Shown here: piece after piece, positions 37,556 through 48,461 of the stretch
Layout of the letters: every line of letters starts with the position of its first letter
Numbering within the stretch: the first letter of the stretch is position 1
Origin: a virus
DNA: 64,000 bases
Strand: one strand, 5' to 3'
IMG/VR virus record: IMGVR_UViG_3300036832_001295
Coordinates: 21,709-85,708 of that record
Translations under genes and position numbers: made by a program
The notes under the pieces: generated by a model
Told to the model about the DNA's origin: nothing
The model's database searches: none
What the model saw: the letters and a program-made list of their open reading frames with translations, nothing else

Positions 37556-37966
37556 TCAGAAGCTGCGCACCGCGGACGGCGCGGCCAGCGGCTGGTGGAT
37601 CATCTGCCACCGCGCATCACGCCAGTCCAGGCCCTCGACAAGCTCGTTGAGCAGGTCGTAGGTCTGCACGATGCCCAGGCCGGTGGCGAGCGCCAGGGCG
37701 GCGACGAAGCCGTCCATCTGGCCACGCCCGTCGGCGGCGGCGATGTTGGCGTTGGACGGGCGGCGGGTCTCGGCCTTGTGGCGGCGGCTGACCTCGCCTT
37801 TGAGCAGCAGGAAGACGGACGGTGCGCCGATCCGTTGGAGTGCGGCCTTGGCCTGCTCGACGCGGGCCTGCTCCTGGTCGCGGCGGACCTGGTTCTCGGC
37901 CTCGACCGCTTCGCTGATGCGGCGTATCGCGCTGAAGTTGATCGACAGTTCCTGGTTGTCGTTCAT
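37556..37966 (-). CDS. Hypothetical helical protein
   Basis: Start MNDNQE behind a cassette. Confidence 0.7.
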   Translation of the reverse strand: MNDNQELSINFSAIRRISEAVEAENQVRRDQEQARVEQAKAALQRIGAPSVFLLLKGEVSRRHKAETRRPSNANIAAADGRGQMDGFVAALALATGLGIVQTYDLLNELVEGLDWRDARWQMIHQPLAAPSAVRSF

Positions 37967-38072
37967 GGTGGTAACTCCTGAAGTAGTGGTGGTGAGTAAC
38001 TGATGTGTTCCACCGTAAGGGTTGCAACCCAAGGGCGCAACCCCTACGGCGCAAACTCTGTTGTGGCCTGCG

Positions 38073-39206
38073 TCACTTGCTCTGGTGGTACAGCAGGAAG
38101 TCGGCCACCAGCCCCTCGTACTCGGCCCAGTGGTTGGCGATCAACGTCGCGGTGGCCTCCCGCTCGGCCCTGGCCTTCTGCTCCGCGGCCTGCCGCTCGG
38201 CGTCCTTCTGGGCCCAGCGGGCCGCGTTGGCGGCATCCTGCTCGGCCTTCATCTCGTCCCAGACTGCCTGCACCGTCGGGTCGGCGGTGTACCGGACATG
38301 GGTCCGGTGGCCGTCCAGCGAGACCTCCTCGCGGACCGCCAGGCCACGCTTGACCAGTGAGTCCAGCAGCCGCTCGGTGGTGCGCGGCCCGCTCCATGAC
38401 CAGCCGCCGCCGTTGGACCAGCCGTGGTGACTGGCCAGGGTACGCAGGATGCCCCACTGGTCACCACTCATCCGGGCGAACTTGTAGCCGCTGGCGGTGT
38501 GTGTCTCGGCCAGCGCCGCGACCCGGGTGCGGAAGGTGTCCGGCACGGCGCTCATGACGGCATCCAGGCATCGCTGGCGTTCGAGGCCTGGGCCGAGATG
38601 CCCAGCAACCGCAGCGCGGCCAGCACCTTGTCGATGGCCTCGGCCTGGTTCTGACCTTGCTCGATAGCCACGCTGATGGTGACCGGGCACAACCAGCCGC
38701 CGCGCTGGCGGTCGAAGCCGGTCAGTACCGCCAGTGCCTCAGCAGCAGCATCATTGGACGGGTTCATGGCTGCCCCCTCAGGCCGTCGCCGCGACGACCC
38801 AGCCGTTGATGAGCCGCAGGTCGTCCCCGATGGCGTCCATCAACTGCTTGATCTGAGCGAAGTCGTTGTCGTGGATGGCTTGGGCCAGCGGCGCAGCCAT
38901 AGTCACCAAGTCACGGGCGTAGCCCTCGACGCGGACCTGGCGGGCGAGCAGTTCACCTGCTCGGTAGCCGGTGACTTGGTTCTTGTCCAGCAGGGTGCGT
39001 AGCTCCTGCTCGGCCTTGTCCAGTGCGGCCTTGTCGGCGGCGTAGATGGCCTCGCCACCATTGCCGTAGTGGTCTTCATCGTTCTTGCTGCCGTAGTTGG
39101 CGATGTAACCGGGCAGGTGGCCGCCGTGGTCTTCGAGCCACTGGCGGTGCTCGTCGCGCCGCTGGATGGCTGAAGCAATCAGCCTGGTGAGGTTGCGGGT
39201 GGTCAT
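38073..39206 (-). CDS. Three hypothetical genes (38778-39206, 38552-38767, 38073-38555; the last wHTH-like)
   Basis: Coupled ORFs behind the cassette at 39207; TTERLLDSLVKRGLA pattern. Confidence 0.65.
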
Positions 39207-39360
39207 GGTGGTAGCTCCTTGGGTTGTCGTAACTGACTGGTGCTCACGCTACCTGTCGTAACCCAGGGGCGCAAGCTATATGGCATTAGCTTTGTTGTGG
39301 TGTGGGACACAGGGGAAGCGGGCAGGGCTGCCCACCACAAACAGCCCCGCCCGCAAGCTC

Positions 39361-39684
39361 TCAGCCGCAGTCCATCTCCGGGTGGCCGCGGTACTTGACC
39401 AGCACGCAGCCCATCCCGCCTGCGCCGTAGTCGCCCAGCGGGGCGTAGCAGGCGTCCTCGGTCTGGCCCTCGTCGGTGATCATTCGGCCGGTGACGTAGC
39501 GGATGCCGTCATCGTCGTACATCGAGAAGCGGTAGATCACCGCATCCGCGGGCAACGGCTTGTTGCCGTTGAGCACCGCGCACAACTCGTCCGGGGCCTC
39601 TCTGGGGCCCATCACGCCCGCGGCGCTGTGGTCGTCCGGGCCCTCGGCCAGGTGATCCTTGTCGATGATCCATGCGTAGCTCAT
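39361..39684 (-). CDS. Conserved phage hypothetical protein
   Basis: MSYAWIIDKD...FSMYDDDGIRYVTGR...PL.DYGAG.MGC. Confidence 0.75.
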   Translation of the reverse strand: MSYAWIIDKDHLAEGPDDHSAAGVMGPREAPDELCAVLNGNKPLPADAVIYRFSMYDDDGIRYVTGRMITDEGQTEDACYAPLGDYGAGGMGCVLVKYRGHPEMDCG

Positions 39685-39787
39685 TTGGTGGCTCCTTGTA
39701 ACAGTGGTTAGTAGCTGATGAGTACAACCGTAATGGTTGCAACCCAGTGATGCAAGCCCTAGGGCGTTAGCTTTGTTGTGATGTGGG

Positions 39788-40375
39788 TCACGAATCCAAC
39801 AGGATGGCCAACTCGTCCAGGGTGATCTCGACCCGGTCCTTGCGCAGGGCGGGGTCCAGCTTGCGTACCAGGCTGTCCAGACCGCGGGCCTGGGCCAATG
39901 GGATGAGCGCACGACGCTGCTCGGCAAGCTGCTGCCGGTACGCCTCCATCCGGGCCTCATGGACCGCAGAGGCATGCGCAACCTCTGCCTTGCGTACGGC
40001 GTGAGTGGTCCATAGCTCGGCCACCTCGGCACCGGTCCGAAATTCCAGACTCAGCTTGACAGTGCCGAACCCGGGCACATCGCGGGTGATGATGCGGGCC
40101 ACGATGTCCTCGTCGGTGATGCTGGCCAGGTCGACGGCGGCGAGCAGATCGGCAGCCTTGTCCTTCTCGGTCCAGCTGACATTCTGCGGGGAGAGGAACA
40201 CGTAGCCGTGCCGGTAGGCGCTGTAGGGCTTGCGGCCGGTGTAGCGGCGGGTGCCATGGCTGGTGGACGTCCAGGTGTCCAGGCTGACCAGCCTGGCCGG
40301 GTAGTGGTTCAAGGCGTACTTGTTTGCTCGGCCGACGGCGTAGACCTCGCCGACCTTCATCTCGCTCTTGTTCAT
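39788..40375 (-). CDS. Hypothetical protein
   Basis: MNKSEMKVGEVYAV behind a cassette. Confidence 0.7.
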   Translation of the reverse strand: MNKSEMKVGEVYAVGRANKYALNHYPARLVSLDTWTSTSHGTRRYTGRKPYSAYRHGYVFLSPQNVSWTEKDKAADLLAAVDLASITDEDIVARIITRDVPGFGTVKLSLEFRTGAEVAELWTTHAVRKAEVAHASAVHEARMEAYRQQLAEQRRALIPLAQARGLDSLVRKLDPALRKDRVEITLDELAILLDS

Positions 40376-40497
40376 GGTGGCTCCTTGTAGCAGTGAGTAG
40401 TTGATGGGTTCCATCGTAATCGTTGCAACCCATTGGTGCAAGGCCTATGGCGTTAGCTTTGTTGTGATGTGGGTCACCGCGTCCACTCGGTACTGGC

Positions 40498-41001
40498 TCA
40501 TGCCGTCGCCGCCGCCCGTGCGCCCGCGTCGTGGCAGAGCACCCGGAACAGGAACCCGGCGTCCGGCCCCATGAACTCGCCGATGATCTCCTCGAAGACG
40601 GCCACGAACCGCGGCCCGTGGCTTTCCTCGGTGCGGGTCAGGTGATGGGCCACCTCGTGCAGCACGACAAGCTCACGCATCGCCCAGGACCGGTCCCAGG
40701 ACTCGTGCGGCGGGATGGCGATGGTCTGGGTGTCAGGCTCGTAGTGCGCCTGGGCAAGGCCTTGACGGGCCCGTACGGCCACCTGCGGGCTCACCCCGTA
40801 CTTGCGGGCCCAGCGGGCCAGCACGACATCCACGTAGCGCTGCACGGCGTCCAGGTCCCCGAACTTGCGCTCGATGGGCACCGGGATGCTGGACCCGGCC
40901 ACGTGCAGAAGCGCGAGCCCGTGCTGGTTCGCGTTGTCCAGCAGCTGACGCAGCTGCTGCTCCGCGGCGTACAGCTTGCCGCGCTGCGCATCGCGGCTCA
41001 T
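40498..41001 (-). CDS. TIGR04338-like HExxH metallohydrolase
   Basis: MSRDAQRGKLYAAE, ERKFGDL, WAMRELVVLHEVAHHL, HGPRF. Confidence 0.8.
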   Translation of the reverse strand: MSRDAQRGKLYAAEQQLRQLLDNANQHGLALLHVAGSSIPVPIERKFGDLDAVQRYVDVVLARWARKYGVSPQVAVRARQGLAQAHYEPDTQTIAIPPHESWDRSWAMRELVVLHEVAHHLTRTEESHGPRFVAVFEEIIGEFMGPDAGFLFRVLCHDAGARAAATA

Positions 41002-41912
41002 GACGTGAGCCCGGGCCGAGACCCGCCGATGGCCCGCTCGCCGCCCAGTCGGGCACTCGCGCCCGCGGTGCGACCGGCGGCACTGGCGTGGTCGGAGCGA
41101 CCGGTGGAAGAGCGTCCGCCGCGGTAGCTGCCACGGGCCCGGGAGTGCTGCTTGTAGTAGTCGGCGACCTCGACCTCCTTGGCGCGCAGCACCAATTCGG
41201 TGCTGGTCGACTCGGGAGACAGGTCGGTCATCGCAGCCTCGGCGGTGAGCACGGCCTCGCTCAGGGCGTCCTGGCGGGCTTCCTCGGCGGCTTGGATGGC
41301 CTGGTTGCGGGCCAGCCGCAGCCGGGTGCCGACCTTGATCGCGAACGCCTCCTGGAAGGACTTGCGCGCGGTGATGCTGCTGACCGACACGTAGTCGCCG
41401 TCCACCCACTCTCGGTCGCGGACGTAGCGGCCCTCCCAAGAGGAGTAACGGCGCTCGCCGGTCGCCTTGTAGCGGCCGCTGCGCCAGACCTTCTCCTGCT
41501 TGTACTCACCGCTGCGCAGGTACTCATCGCACGCCCGCACCATCTGGATGACCAGGGAGGCGTAGAGGGCCTCGCACATGGCGATGTCGGAGTCGAAACC
41601 GAAGGCGTTGACGGAGGTGGAGTTGTGCGCGATGTTGATCTTGATGTCGTTCGCCTGGGCGATCTGGTGGAACAGTTCGACGTAGGTGAACAGCAGCTTC
41701 TTGCCGCGCTCACCGATCACGATCCGGCGGTGCGTGGGAACCTGCCGCTTGCTCTTGTCGGCCACGTGCTGACGGGCCCGTTCCAGGTCGATCGCGTTGG
41801 TGACGGCCAACGCCTGGGCCTTGGCCATGAAGGTGGCGGCCTCGTCCTCGGTGCCTGCTGCCTCGGCCTGCCGCAGCAGTTTCCCGATCAGCTCCAGGTA
41901 CTTCTCGCTCAT
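40998..41912 (-). CDS. DUF2786-domain protein
   Basis: IGKLLRQAEAAGTEDEAATFMAKAQAL N-terminus; paired with the metallohydrolase as in actinobacteria. Confidence 0.8.
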   Translation of the reverse strand: MSEKYLELIGKLLRQAEAAGTEDEAATFMAKAQALAVTNAIDLERARQHVADKSKRQVPTHRRIVIGERGKKLLFTYVELFHQIAQANDIKINIAHNSTSVNAFGFDSDIAMCEALYASLVIQMVRACDEYLRSGEYKQEKVWRSGRYKATGERRYSSWEGRYVRDREWVDGDYVSVSSITARKSFQEAFAIKVGTRLRLARNQAIQAAEEARQDALSEAVLTAEAAMTDLSPESTSTELVLRAKEVEVADYYKQHSRARGSYRGGRSSTGRSDHASAAGRTAGASARLGGERAIGGSRPGLTS

Positions 41913-42074
41913 TGTGGTGGCTCGCTTTCTGACGAGTAGCAATGTGACTGTATGAATCAATCGTAGCAGACGTGTCAAGCGCTTCCTGCGTTGACCGGAT
42001 CTGATGCGTAGAACACTAGCGACCTCAAAGTCAGCGGTGCAAGCCCTATGGCGTTAGCTTTGTTGTGGGCTGGG

Positions 42075-43806
42075 TCATAGGTGCATCTCGATCCGGAAGA
42101 AGTGCCCGCCACGGACCCGCTCATCCTGATCGAAGAGCGCATCCAACATGGCGTGCGCCTTGCTCCGGTAATCCGCCGGGTCACTGCGCGGCTCCATCCA
42201 GGTCGGCGCGGCGTGGACCATCTCGGTCGGCGGATCGACCTGCGTATCGGCAGTCGCCGGACACTTCAGCACCTCTGCCCGAATCCAACTCATGCTGTGG
42301 CCTCAGGCTCAGGCACCAGGTTGTCGCTGATGTGTACATGCAGCCATTGGCCGTCGGCGGTGGGCGAGCCGCTCGTGAAGCGTTGTCGGCATCGGCGGCA
42401 GACCGTCTGCACCAGGACGAGACGACCGTTGACGTCCACCGCCTGCCAGGTGTCAACGAGACGGTGCCCAAGCAGCCAGCACCTCATGATTGCTCCGGGT
42501 CGGGCACCAGGTTGTCGGCGCTGACTTCCCACTCGCCGTCATTGATGACCGCGGTGACGTAGCCCCCGCCGTCCTCGGTGTACTCGCTGAAGCGGACAAG
42601 CTCGCTGATCACCAACGGCGGATCCATCCCGCCGGTCCGGTAGCTGCCGTCCGGCTGTTGCCAGGCCGGGTTCTGGTAGCGGACGTGCATGCCGGGTCGC
42701 AGCCCGTTGTACTCGGCAAGCACCACTGGTGCCTCCGGGTCGGTCGGGTCGGTCGTCCAGAACTTGCTCATGGGGTATCTCCTCGGTCAGTAGAGGTGGG
42801 GAGCGCGCCCAGCCGCGCATCCCTCAGGCCTGTCCACTAGCACTCGAAGCCGTTCGGGGCTCCCTGAGGCATCGTGGCCGTGCAGGGCGGCACTGTCGTG
42901 TTACGGGGCCTTGACTTCGGCTGCATTGGCAAGCTCGGCCTTGGCCTGGGCCAACTCGTCGGTGTACTTGTGTGGCTTCTCCACGGCGTAGGCCACGTCT
43001 TCGGCGTCGTAGCCGTTACGCGCCATCCAGGCCGTCAAGACCACCAAGTCCTCGTAGCTGGTGCCCTCATTCGCTTTGCTCATGCGCTCCCTCCTCTCTG
43101 TGGTCTCCGGGTGGACTGCACGAACTCCTGCCAGATGCGCCGGTACAGGACCGGGTCGGCATACCGACCGCTGGGGTCCACGTAACGGCGACGACCGTCC
43201 TTCATGAAGTGCAGACGGCCAGGCTGGCTGGCGTGCGGCCACGGTGCTCCATCACATGGGCGTGGGTTGGTCATGTGGTGCTTCCTCTCGATTTCCGGGC
43301 TGATCTCTGGGCCTTGATGTAGGCAGTGGCGAAGTCGAACAGCCAGTCGTAGCAGTCCTCGCAGACGTAGCTGCGCTGCGCGCTGATCCGGGTCTGCACC
43401 GTGTAGAACCCGACGTAGCCCACGTCGCCGTCCACCGGCAGTCCGCTCAACAGGCCGATGCCGTCGTTGTCCGGGGTGCAGCAGATGTGCATGTCGCAGT
43501 GCAGCTTGTCCACGCCGTGCGTGACCCGCTGGCCGACCTCGCTGAGCAGCCCCAGCACCTCTAGCTCGTCGCGGACGAAGTTGGAGTCGGTGTAGTCCTC
43601 GATGACCGCGCTCATGACTCGTCCCGGTAGCGGATGACGTGCATGCGGATCTTCTCGACCCGCCGGATGGCGCAGCCCGCGGCAGCGGCCGGGTCACGGT
43701 GCGTGTAGTGGGTGTGCGACTTGGCGGCATGGTAGACCGGCTTGTCGCAGGCAAGACAGACCGGCTGCACCAACGCAGCGACACGGCCCATTCCCTGGTT
43801 GCTCAT
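42075..43806 (-). CDS. Operon of seven small hypothetical genes (43612-43806, 43271-43615, 43080-43274, 42901-43083, 42484-42771, 42290-42487, 42075-42293)
   Basis: Mostly ATGA-coupled ORFs downstream of the cassette at 43807. Confidence 0.6.
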
Positions 43807-44014
43807 GGGTGGCTCTCCTGAGTAGCGATGAAGTAAGTTGATGGGTTCCACCATAATGGTCGCAACCCGATGGTGCAAGCCCTGTGGCGATAGCTTTGTT
43901 TATGACCTGGGTCATCTTTGCCTCTTGTGGACTACTCGGGCGAGCGGGACACTGCCGGACACGCGGCGCAGCCGCGCTGCGTGAAGAAGGGTGAGCACAA
44001 GAAGGGTGAGCACA

Positions 44015-44611
44015 ATGCATGCTGTTCTGCTGCGTCGACTACTACTGCTACTGATTCTGGGGGTGAGTGTGCTCGCCGCCCCTGCGCACGCCGATGCACT
44101 GCCCGCCGGGTGCCACAACAGCGATGTGTTCGGCCCGGACGTGGCCTCGATGAAGCACGTCTACTCCTGCCTGAACGGCGGGCGGGCGATCCAGGTGCTG
44201 CAGTACCACAACCCGGGCGGGGTACTCGCCACCCAGTTGCAGTCGGACCCGGATGCCGGTGGGCCAAGCTGCGACTGGGCCATCCACTACTTCGCCAAGT
44301 GGTGTTACAGCGCGGGGTTGCCGTACCTGATCTGCGACCAGTTCTTCTACAACACGAACCTGGACCTGCACGGGCACCACTGCGCGAACCCGTTCTACGA
44401 CGACGGTCAGTCCTTCAGCGATCTATGGGACCACGTGGTGAACCTGACCCAGAACCACGTGTTCCGCAAATGCACGGTCGGCGCGTTGATCGGCGGTACT
44501 GGCAAATGGGCCGGGGCGGTGGTGGTCGGTGACTCGGCGGGCCCGGTCGGGATCATGGTGCTGGCCGGGATCGGCTGCGTCGGCGGCGTCATCTCCTACT
44601 ACTGGAACTGA
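44015..44611 (+). CDS. Secreted Cys-rich protein with a Gly-rich hydrophobic C-terminus
   Basis: Signal peptide ending APAHA; eight Cys; CTVGALIGG...GIGCVGG tail. Confidence 0.75.
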   Translation: MHAVLLRRLLLLLILGVSVLAAPAHADALPAGCHNSDVFGPDVASMKHVYSCLNGGRAIQVLQYHNPGGVLATQLQSDPDAGGPSCDWAIHYFAKWCYSAGLPYLICDQFFYNTNLDLHGHHCANPFYDDGQSFSDLWDHVVNLTQNHVFRKCTVGALIGGTGKWAGAVVVGDSAGPVGIMVLAGIGCVGGVISYYWN

Positions 44612-44613
44612 TC

Positions 44614-44787
44614 ATGAACACGCGACTGACCATCGTGTTCGTGGTGCTCTGGCTGGGCAGTGCGTTGCCGATCATCCATTACGGCCTGGACGGCGGCACC
44701 GACCTGACCAGCACGCTGGTGTTCGTGGCCACCGCAGTCGGTGCGCTGGCCGTTGTCTGGTTACTCCACCGGATGACCGCTAAGTGA
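44614..44787 (+). CDS. Small two-TM membrane protein (not in the ORF track)
   Basis: MNTRLTIVFVVLWLGSALPIIHYG...LVFVATAVGALAVVWLLHRMTAK, 57 aa, translated by hand. Confidence 0.65.
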   Translation: MNTRLTIVFVVLWLGSALPIIHYGLDGGTDLTSTLVFVATAVGALAVVWLLHRMTAK

Positions 44788-44810
44788 CGAGGAAATAGTT
44801 GCCAAGGAAG

Positions 44811-44843
44811 ACATCGCCCCCGCAGTGATTGCGGGGGCGGTGT
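44811..44843. terminator. Hairpin between convergent genes
   Basis: ACATCGCCCCCGCA-GTGAT-TGCGGGGGCGGTGT. Confidence 0.65.
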
Positions 44844-44879
44844 TAGGTTCGGGCGGTCGCCCCGGCGGGTTCTTGGAGT

Positions 44880-46644
44880 TCACCCTTCTTGCCCGCCGGG
44901 ACGACCCGTCTTGGGGGTCCGGCTCACCGACTCCTCGCGCACCATGGCGACGATCTGGTCGTGTCCGGCCAATGCCTGGATCTCGCTGATGTAACGCTGG
45001 GACTGGGCACCGTGGCCCTCGGGGTCGAAGACCATCGTCTCCCAGAGCACTGGCGGCCCCTCGCCGCCGAAGTTGTGGTCGTTGACCAGGAACACGGTGC
45101 TCACCCAGTGGTCGCCGACCTGGGTGGCGGCGATGCGCCGGTCCTTGTCGTGCTCGGACCCGGCGCATTCCAGGCAGATCGGCTGCAACGCTCGGTTGTA
45201 GGCCATCGGGCCGGAATCCTGTCTGTCGCATCCGGCGCAGGTGAACGGGTCACCGAAGGACCACATCATCAATCAGGTAGCAGCTGGTCCAGGTGGGCCA
45301 GTGCCGCGGTCTTGGTGTTGAACACCTGTTGCACGTCCAACCCGGGCGGGCCGACCAGCATCCAGTCGAGCGTCGCGCCCTGCGCATGATAACCGCGGGT
45401 CAAGGTGAACGCGCCCTGCTCGGTGAGCACCTTGTACTGGCTCACGATGGGGAATCCCTCCGGGTCGGAGAAGATATGCCACACTTGGTACTTGCGGCCC
45501 ATCAGACAACCCAGGTCTCAACCCGCCACCAGGACCGCCGCCGGTTCGCGATCTCGTCCAGCACCGGGTCCAGGCCCGCGGGGTCGATGTAGAGCGTGGT
45601 GGTGTCGTTGGTGCCGTGCGTGCGGTGCCACCACGGGTCGGCGGCATCACGCACCGCCTGGATGGCGTCCACGTCCTGCTGGGTCTCCCAGTCGCCGTGC
45701 TGGATCTGTACAGCGATCATTACAGCGTAGCTCCTTAGTAACGATCAGTAGATGACTAGTCACAACCTAGTGGTTGTAACCCGATGGCGCAAGCTCTGTT
45801 CTGTCATGACATCTGGATCGTGGTGGTTCGGGTCACGATCCGTCGGTCCAGGTCCAGCATCGCCAGCACCGCCAACGCCTCGACCCGCGGTACCCGCGTC
45901 ACCACCACATGCTGGACGTGGTGCAGAAGCTCGTCGCTGAACTCGTAGTCCTCTTCGCTCTGCCAGGCCCACTTCATTGCGGCCACGCCGCCAGCACACT
46001 GATCCGCCCGTCGGCGTCGAAGGCGTGCGAGATGATCCGGCCATCCCGCTCGGTGATCAGGTCCAACACCGCCTGAGCGGCCTGCGCCGACTCGGCGCTG
46101 ACCAACTCGAAGCTCTCCCGGTGCCCATCCCGCATGGTGTCGTTCAGGGCCGCAGACAGCAGGTCTCGGACGAACTCCTTGGGATCCAGACCCTTCTCCT
46201 TGGCCGCGTCGTCCAGCCGCTCGGCCAGGTCTTTGGGCAGCCACAGGTTCTGATTGGCCATGCTCACATCCGTATCGGTTGATCGAACTCCATCTCGGCC
46301 AGGCACAGGGTGGTGACAGTGTCCAGCTTGGCCTGCGCCTTGGGGATGTTCTCCTCTTCCAGGGCCTGTGCCACGGCCCGGACCAAGGTCAATACCCGTT
46401 CCGGAAAGGCGGGCGGGAACGGGTCGGAGACCGGGTTGGCCTGTTCCCAGTCATGCATCAGATGCCTGCGTGCGGACGCCTCGAACACCTCGGCCCGATG
46501 TGTCTGGCACACCTCGGCGGGGATGCCGTCGGCCAGCACGAACCCGGACAGCATCCGCTGCGCGGTCTCCTCGTCCAGGTCCATCCCGGCTTTGCGCAGG
46601 GTGCGCCGTAGCTCGGCGCTCAGACCCCGGTGGTAGCGGATCAT
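44880..46644 (-). CDS. Six small genes (46264-46644, 45974-46261 RHH-like, 45804-45977, 45502-45720, 45269-45502, 44880-45272)
   Basis: Coupled ORFs; LWLPKDLAERLDDAAKEKGLDPKEFVRDLL is ribbon-helix-helix-like; VSTVFL..DH.F...P.LWETMVF motif in 44880-45272. Confidence 0.6.
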
Positions 46645-46766
46645 GCCGGGAGCCTAGTGGGGATCTGAACGGGACGCGCACGCCAGGGCAGGTACGGCCG
46701 GTAACTGCTGTGCGAACCTGCCGGGCCGCAAAGTAGCGATGGCCGCCGTCCCCGAGGAGGGTCCCA

Positions 46767-47684
46767 ATGTCCCGTCCCGCACCGCACCGAGGCAAGCTGC
46801 TCGCACTGGCCGCATTGGCCGCCCTCGGGCTGGTAGCCAGTGGCTGCGCAGCCCTGAACACCTCGGCCGACGCCGCGCCGAACTGCCACGGCAAGCACCA
46901 CACCTGCCCGACCCCGACGCCTACCCCGACCCCACCGCCGACCTCGGGCGGAGGCGGCGGCACCTGGCTGTGCACCACCACCAGCTACACCGGCCGGTGC
47001 GGCATCGCCTGGTCGAGTGTCTCGTTCTGCGGCTACCCGCTGATCACCGGCATCGTGGGCGGCACCAACGGCGGTTGTGCCTACGTGGACCAGAACGTCT
47101 GGTCACCGATCAGCGGCGAGAAGCAGACGCTGAACGCGAACAGCCCCGGCGACTGGGAGGTCATCAGCAACACCCCGGTCAACCCGTCCGGCTCGGTGAC
47201 CACCTTCGCGAACGTGGGCGCGCCCTACAGCGAGGTGCCGCTGTCCGGCTTCGTCAGCGTGACGTCCAGCTTCAACGAGACGATGCCGCACAACTCGGCC
47301 ACCAGTGGCTGGGCGATGTATGACAACTGGTTCGACAACGGCAAGTACGAGGTGATGATCCAGCACGACTTCACCCGCAACGGGCCGTGCGACTACGCGG
47401 CGGTGGCCAGCTTCACCGGCAAGCTGTGGGGGCTGTGCACCTTCGGCACCACCTTCGCCTGGAAGCTGGCCGCGCCCGGTTCGGTGGTCGGCTCGAACGC
47501 CACCGCGAACGAGTCCAGTGGCAGCATCGACATCAAGGCGATGACGAACTGGCTGGTCGCGCACGGCTACATGAGCGCCAACCCGACCGTCACCAACCTG
47601 TCCTACGGCTGGGAGATTTGCTCCACTGGCGGGCTCGCCGAGACGTTCCAGGTCAACAGCTACTCATTGCTGGCCACCCCCTGA
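46767..47684 (+). CDS. Exported glycoside hydrolase, GH12-like
   Basis: Signal/lipobox ASGC, PT linker, YVDQNVW, AMYDNWF, YEVMIQHD and GWEICST motifs. Confidence 0.75.
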   Translation: MSRPAPHRGKLLALAALAALGLVASGCAALNTSADAAPNCHGKHHTCPTPTPTPTPPPTSGGGGGTWLCTTTSYTGRCGIAWSSVSFCGYPLITGIVGGTNGGCAYVDQNVWSPISGEKQTLNANSPGDWEVISNTPVNPSGSVTTFANVGAPYSEVPLSGFVSVTSSFNETMPHNSATSGWAMYDNWFDNGKYEVMIQHDFTRNGPCDYAAVASFTGKLWGLCTFGTTFAWKLAAPGSVVGSNATANESSGSIDIKAMTNWLVAHGYMSANPTVTNLSYGWEICSTGGLAETFQVNSYSLLATP

Positions 47685-47691
47685 ACCTCAG

Positions 47692-48390
47692 CTAGGCGCA
47701 GGCGTGCGTGTCGCCGTGCGCGGGATGCGCCGCGGGTAGCGGGCACTCGGCGCAGCCGATACCCGACTCGGTCGGTGCCAGCGGATGCGCGAAGATACCT
47801 AGCCCGCTTTGCCGGGGATGGGGGTAGACGACCTTCCCACCACGCAGCCGGACCGGTCCGTCATGACGTGTGCTCATGAGATTTCACCTCCTTGATGATG
47901 GCCTCCGCGGCGGCGGTCAGTCCGGCCAGCAGTAGACCGATCTCCCGTTTGCCGCGCGCCTCGATGTCGTGCCAGGCCATCCGTCCGGCCAGCTTGACCC
48001 GCCAACATAGATCGTTGCCTCCTTCGACCAGGGCCCAGGACTTGACCAGGCCGTGTGCCTGGTGTTGGTCCAGGGCCAGGCCGATGGAGGCGATGTTCAT
48101 CCGCCGGGTGTCGATGTCGTCGCTCATGACTAGTTGTCCTTCCGGTTGTGGACTGTCTTGATCGCGTCCAGGTGGACACTGCGGGAGCGGCCCGTCATGG
48201 TCATCACGTCGACCCACTGCCGACCGCTGGGGCCGGTCATCAGGGCGATGAACGTACAACGGGTACCGGTGCTGCGGGGCGGCAGGATGACGGTGACCTC
48301 CTGGCCGCTGACCAGCCGCCGACCATGCCAGGTCATCTCGTGTGCCGCGGTCGTCGTAATGCAGCTGGTGCTGGGGATGGTGGCTTTCAC
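47692..48390 (-). CDS. Three small genes (48130-48390, 47861-48127, 47692-47877)
   Basis: Behind the promoter at 48433-48461 and an AGGAG RBS. Confidence 0.6.
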
Positions 48391-48432
48391 CTTCGATGGC
48401 TCCTTAGAGTAATGGTTGGTGCGACGAGTACC

Positions 48433-48461
48433 ATCGTAAACGATGACTCCGGAAATGTCAA
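48433..48461 (-). promoter_or_regulatory. SigA-type promoter
   Basis: TTGACA-17 nt-TACGAT. Confidence 0.75.

Larger units (their letters stand above)
33786..43915 (-). promoter_or_regulatory. Family of 11 repeated ~105-nt promoter/operator/RBS cassettes (33786-33891, 34934-35038, 35494-35600, 36587-36697, 37339-37447, 37967-38076, 39207-39311, 39685-39791, 40376-40477, 41913-42078, 43807-43915; partial copy 45721-45810)
   Basis: Minus-strand order: GTGA-N6-(T/C)CACAACA(A/G)A box, TTGC(A/G)C -35, 17-18 nt, TANNNT -10, TACT-rich leader, GGAGCCACC-ATG. Confidence 0.85.
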
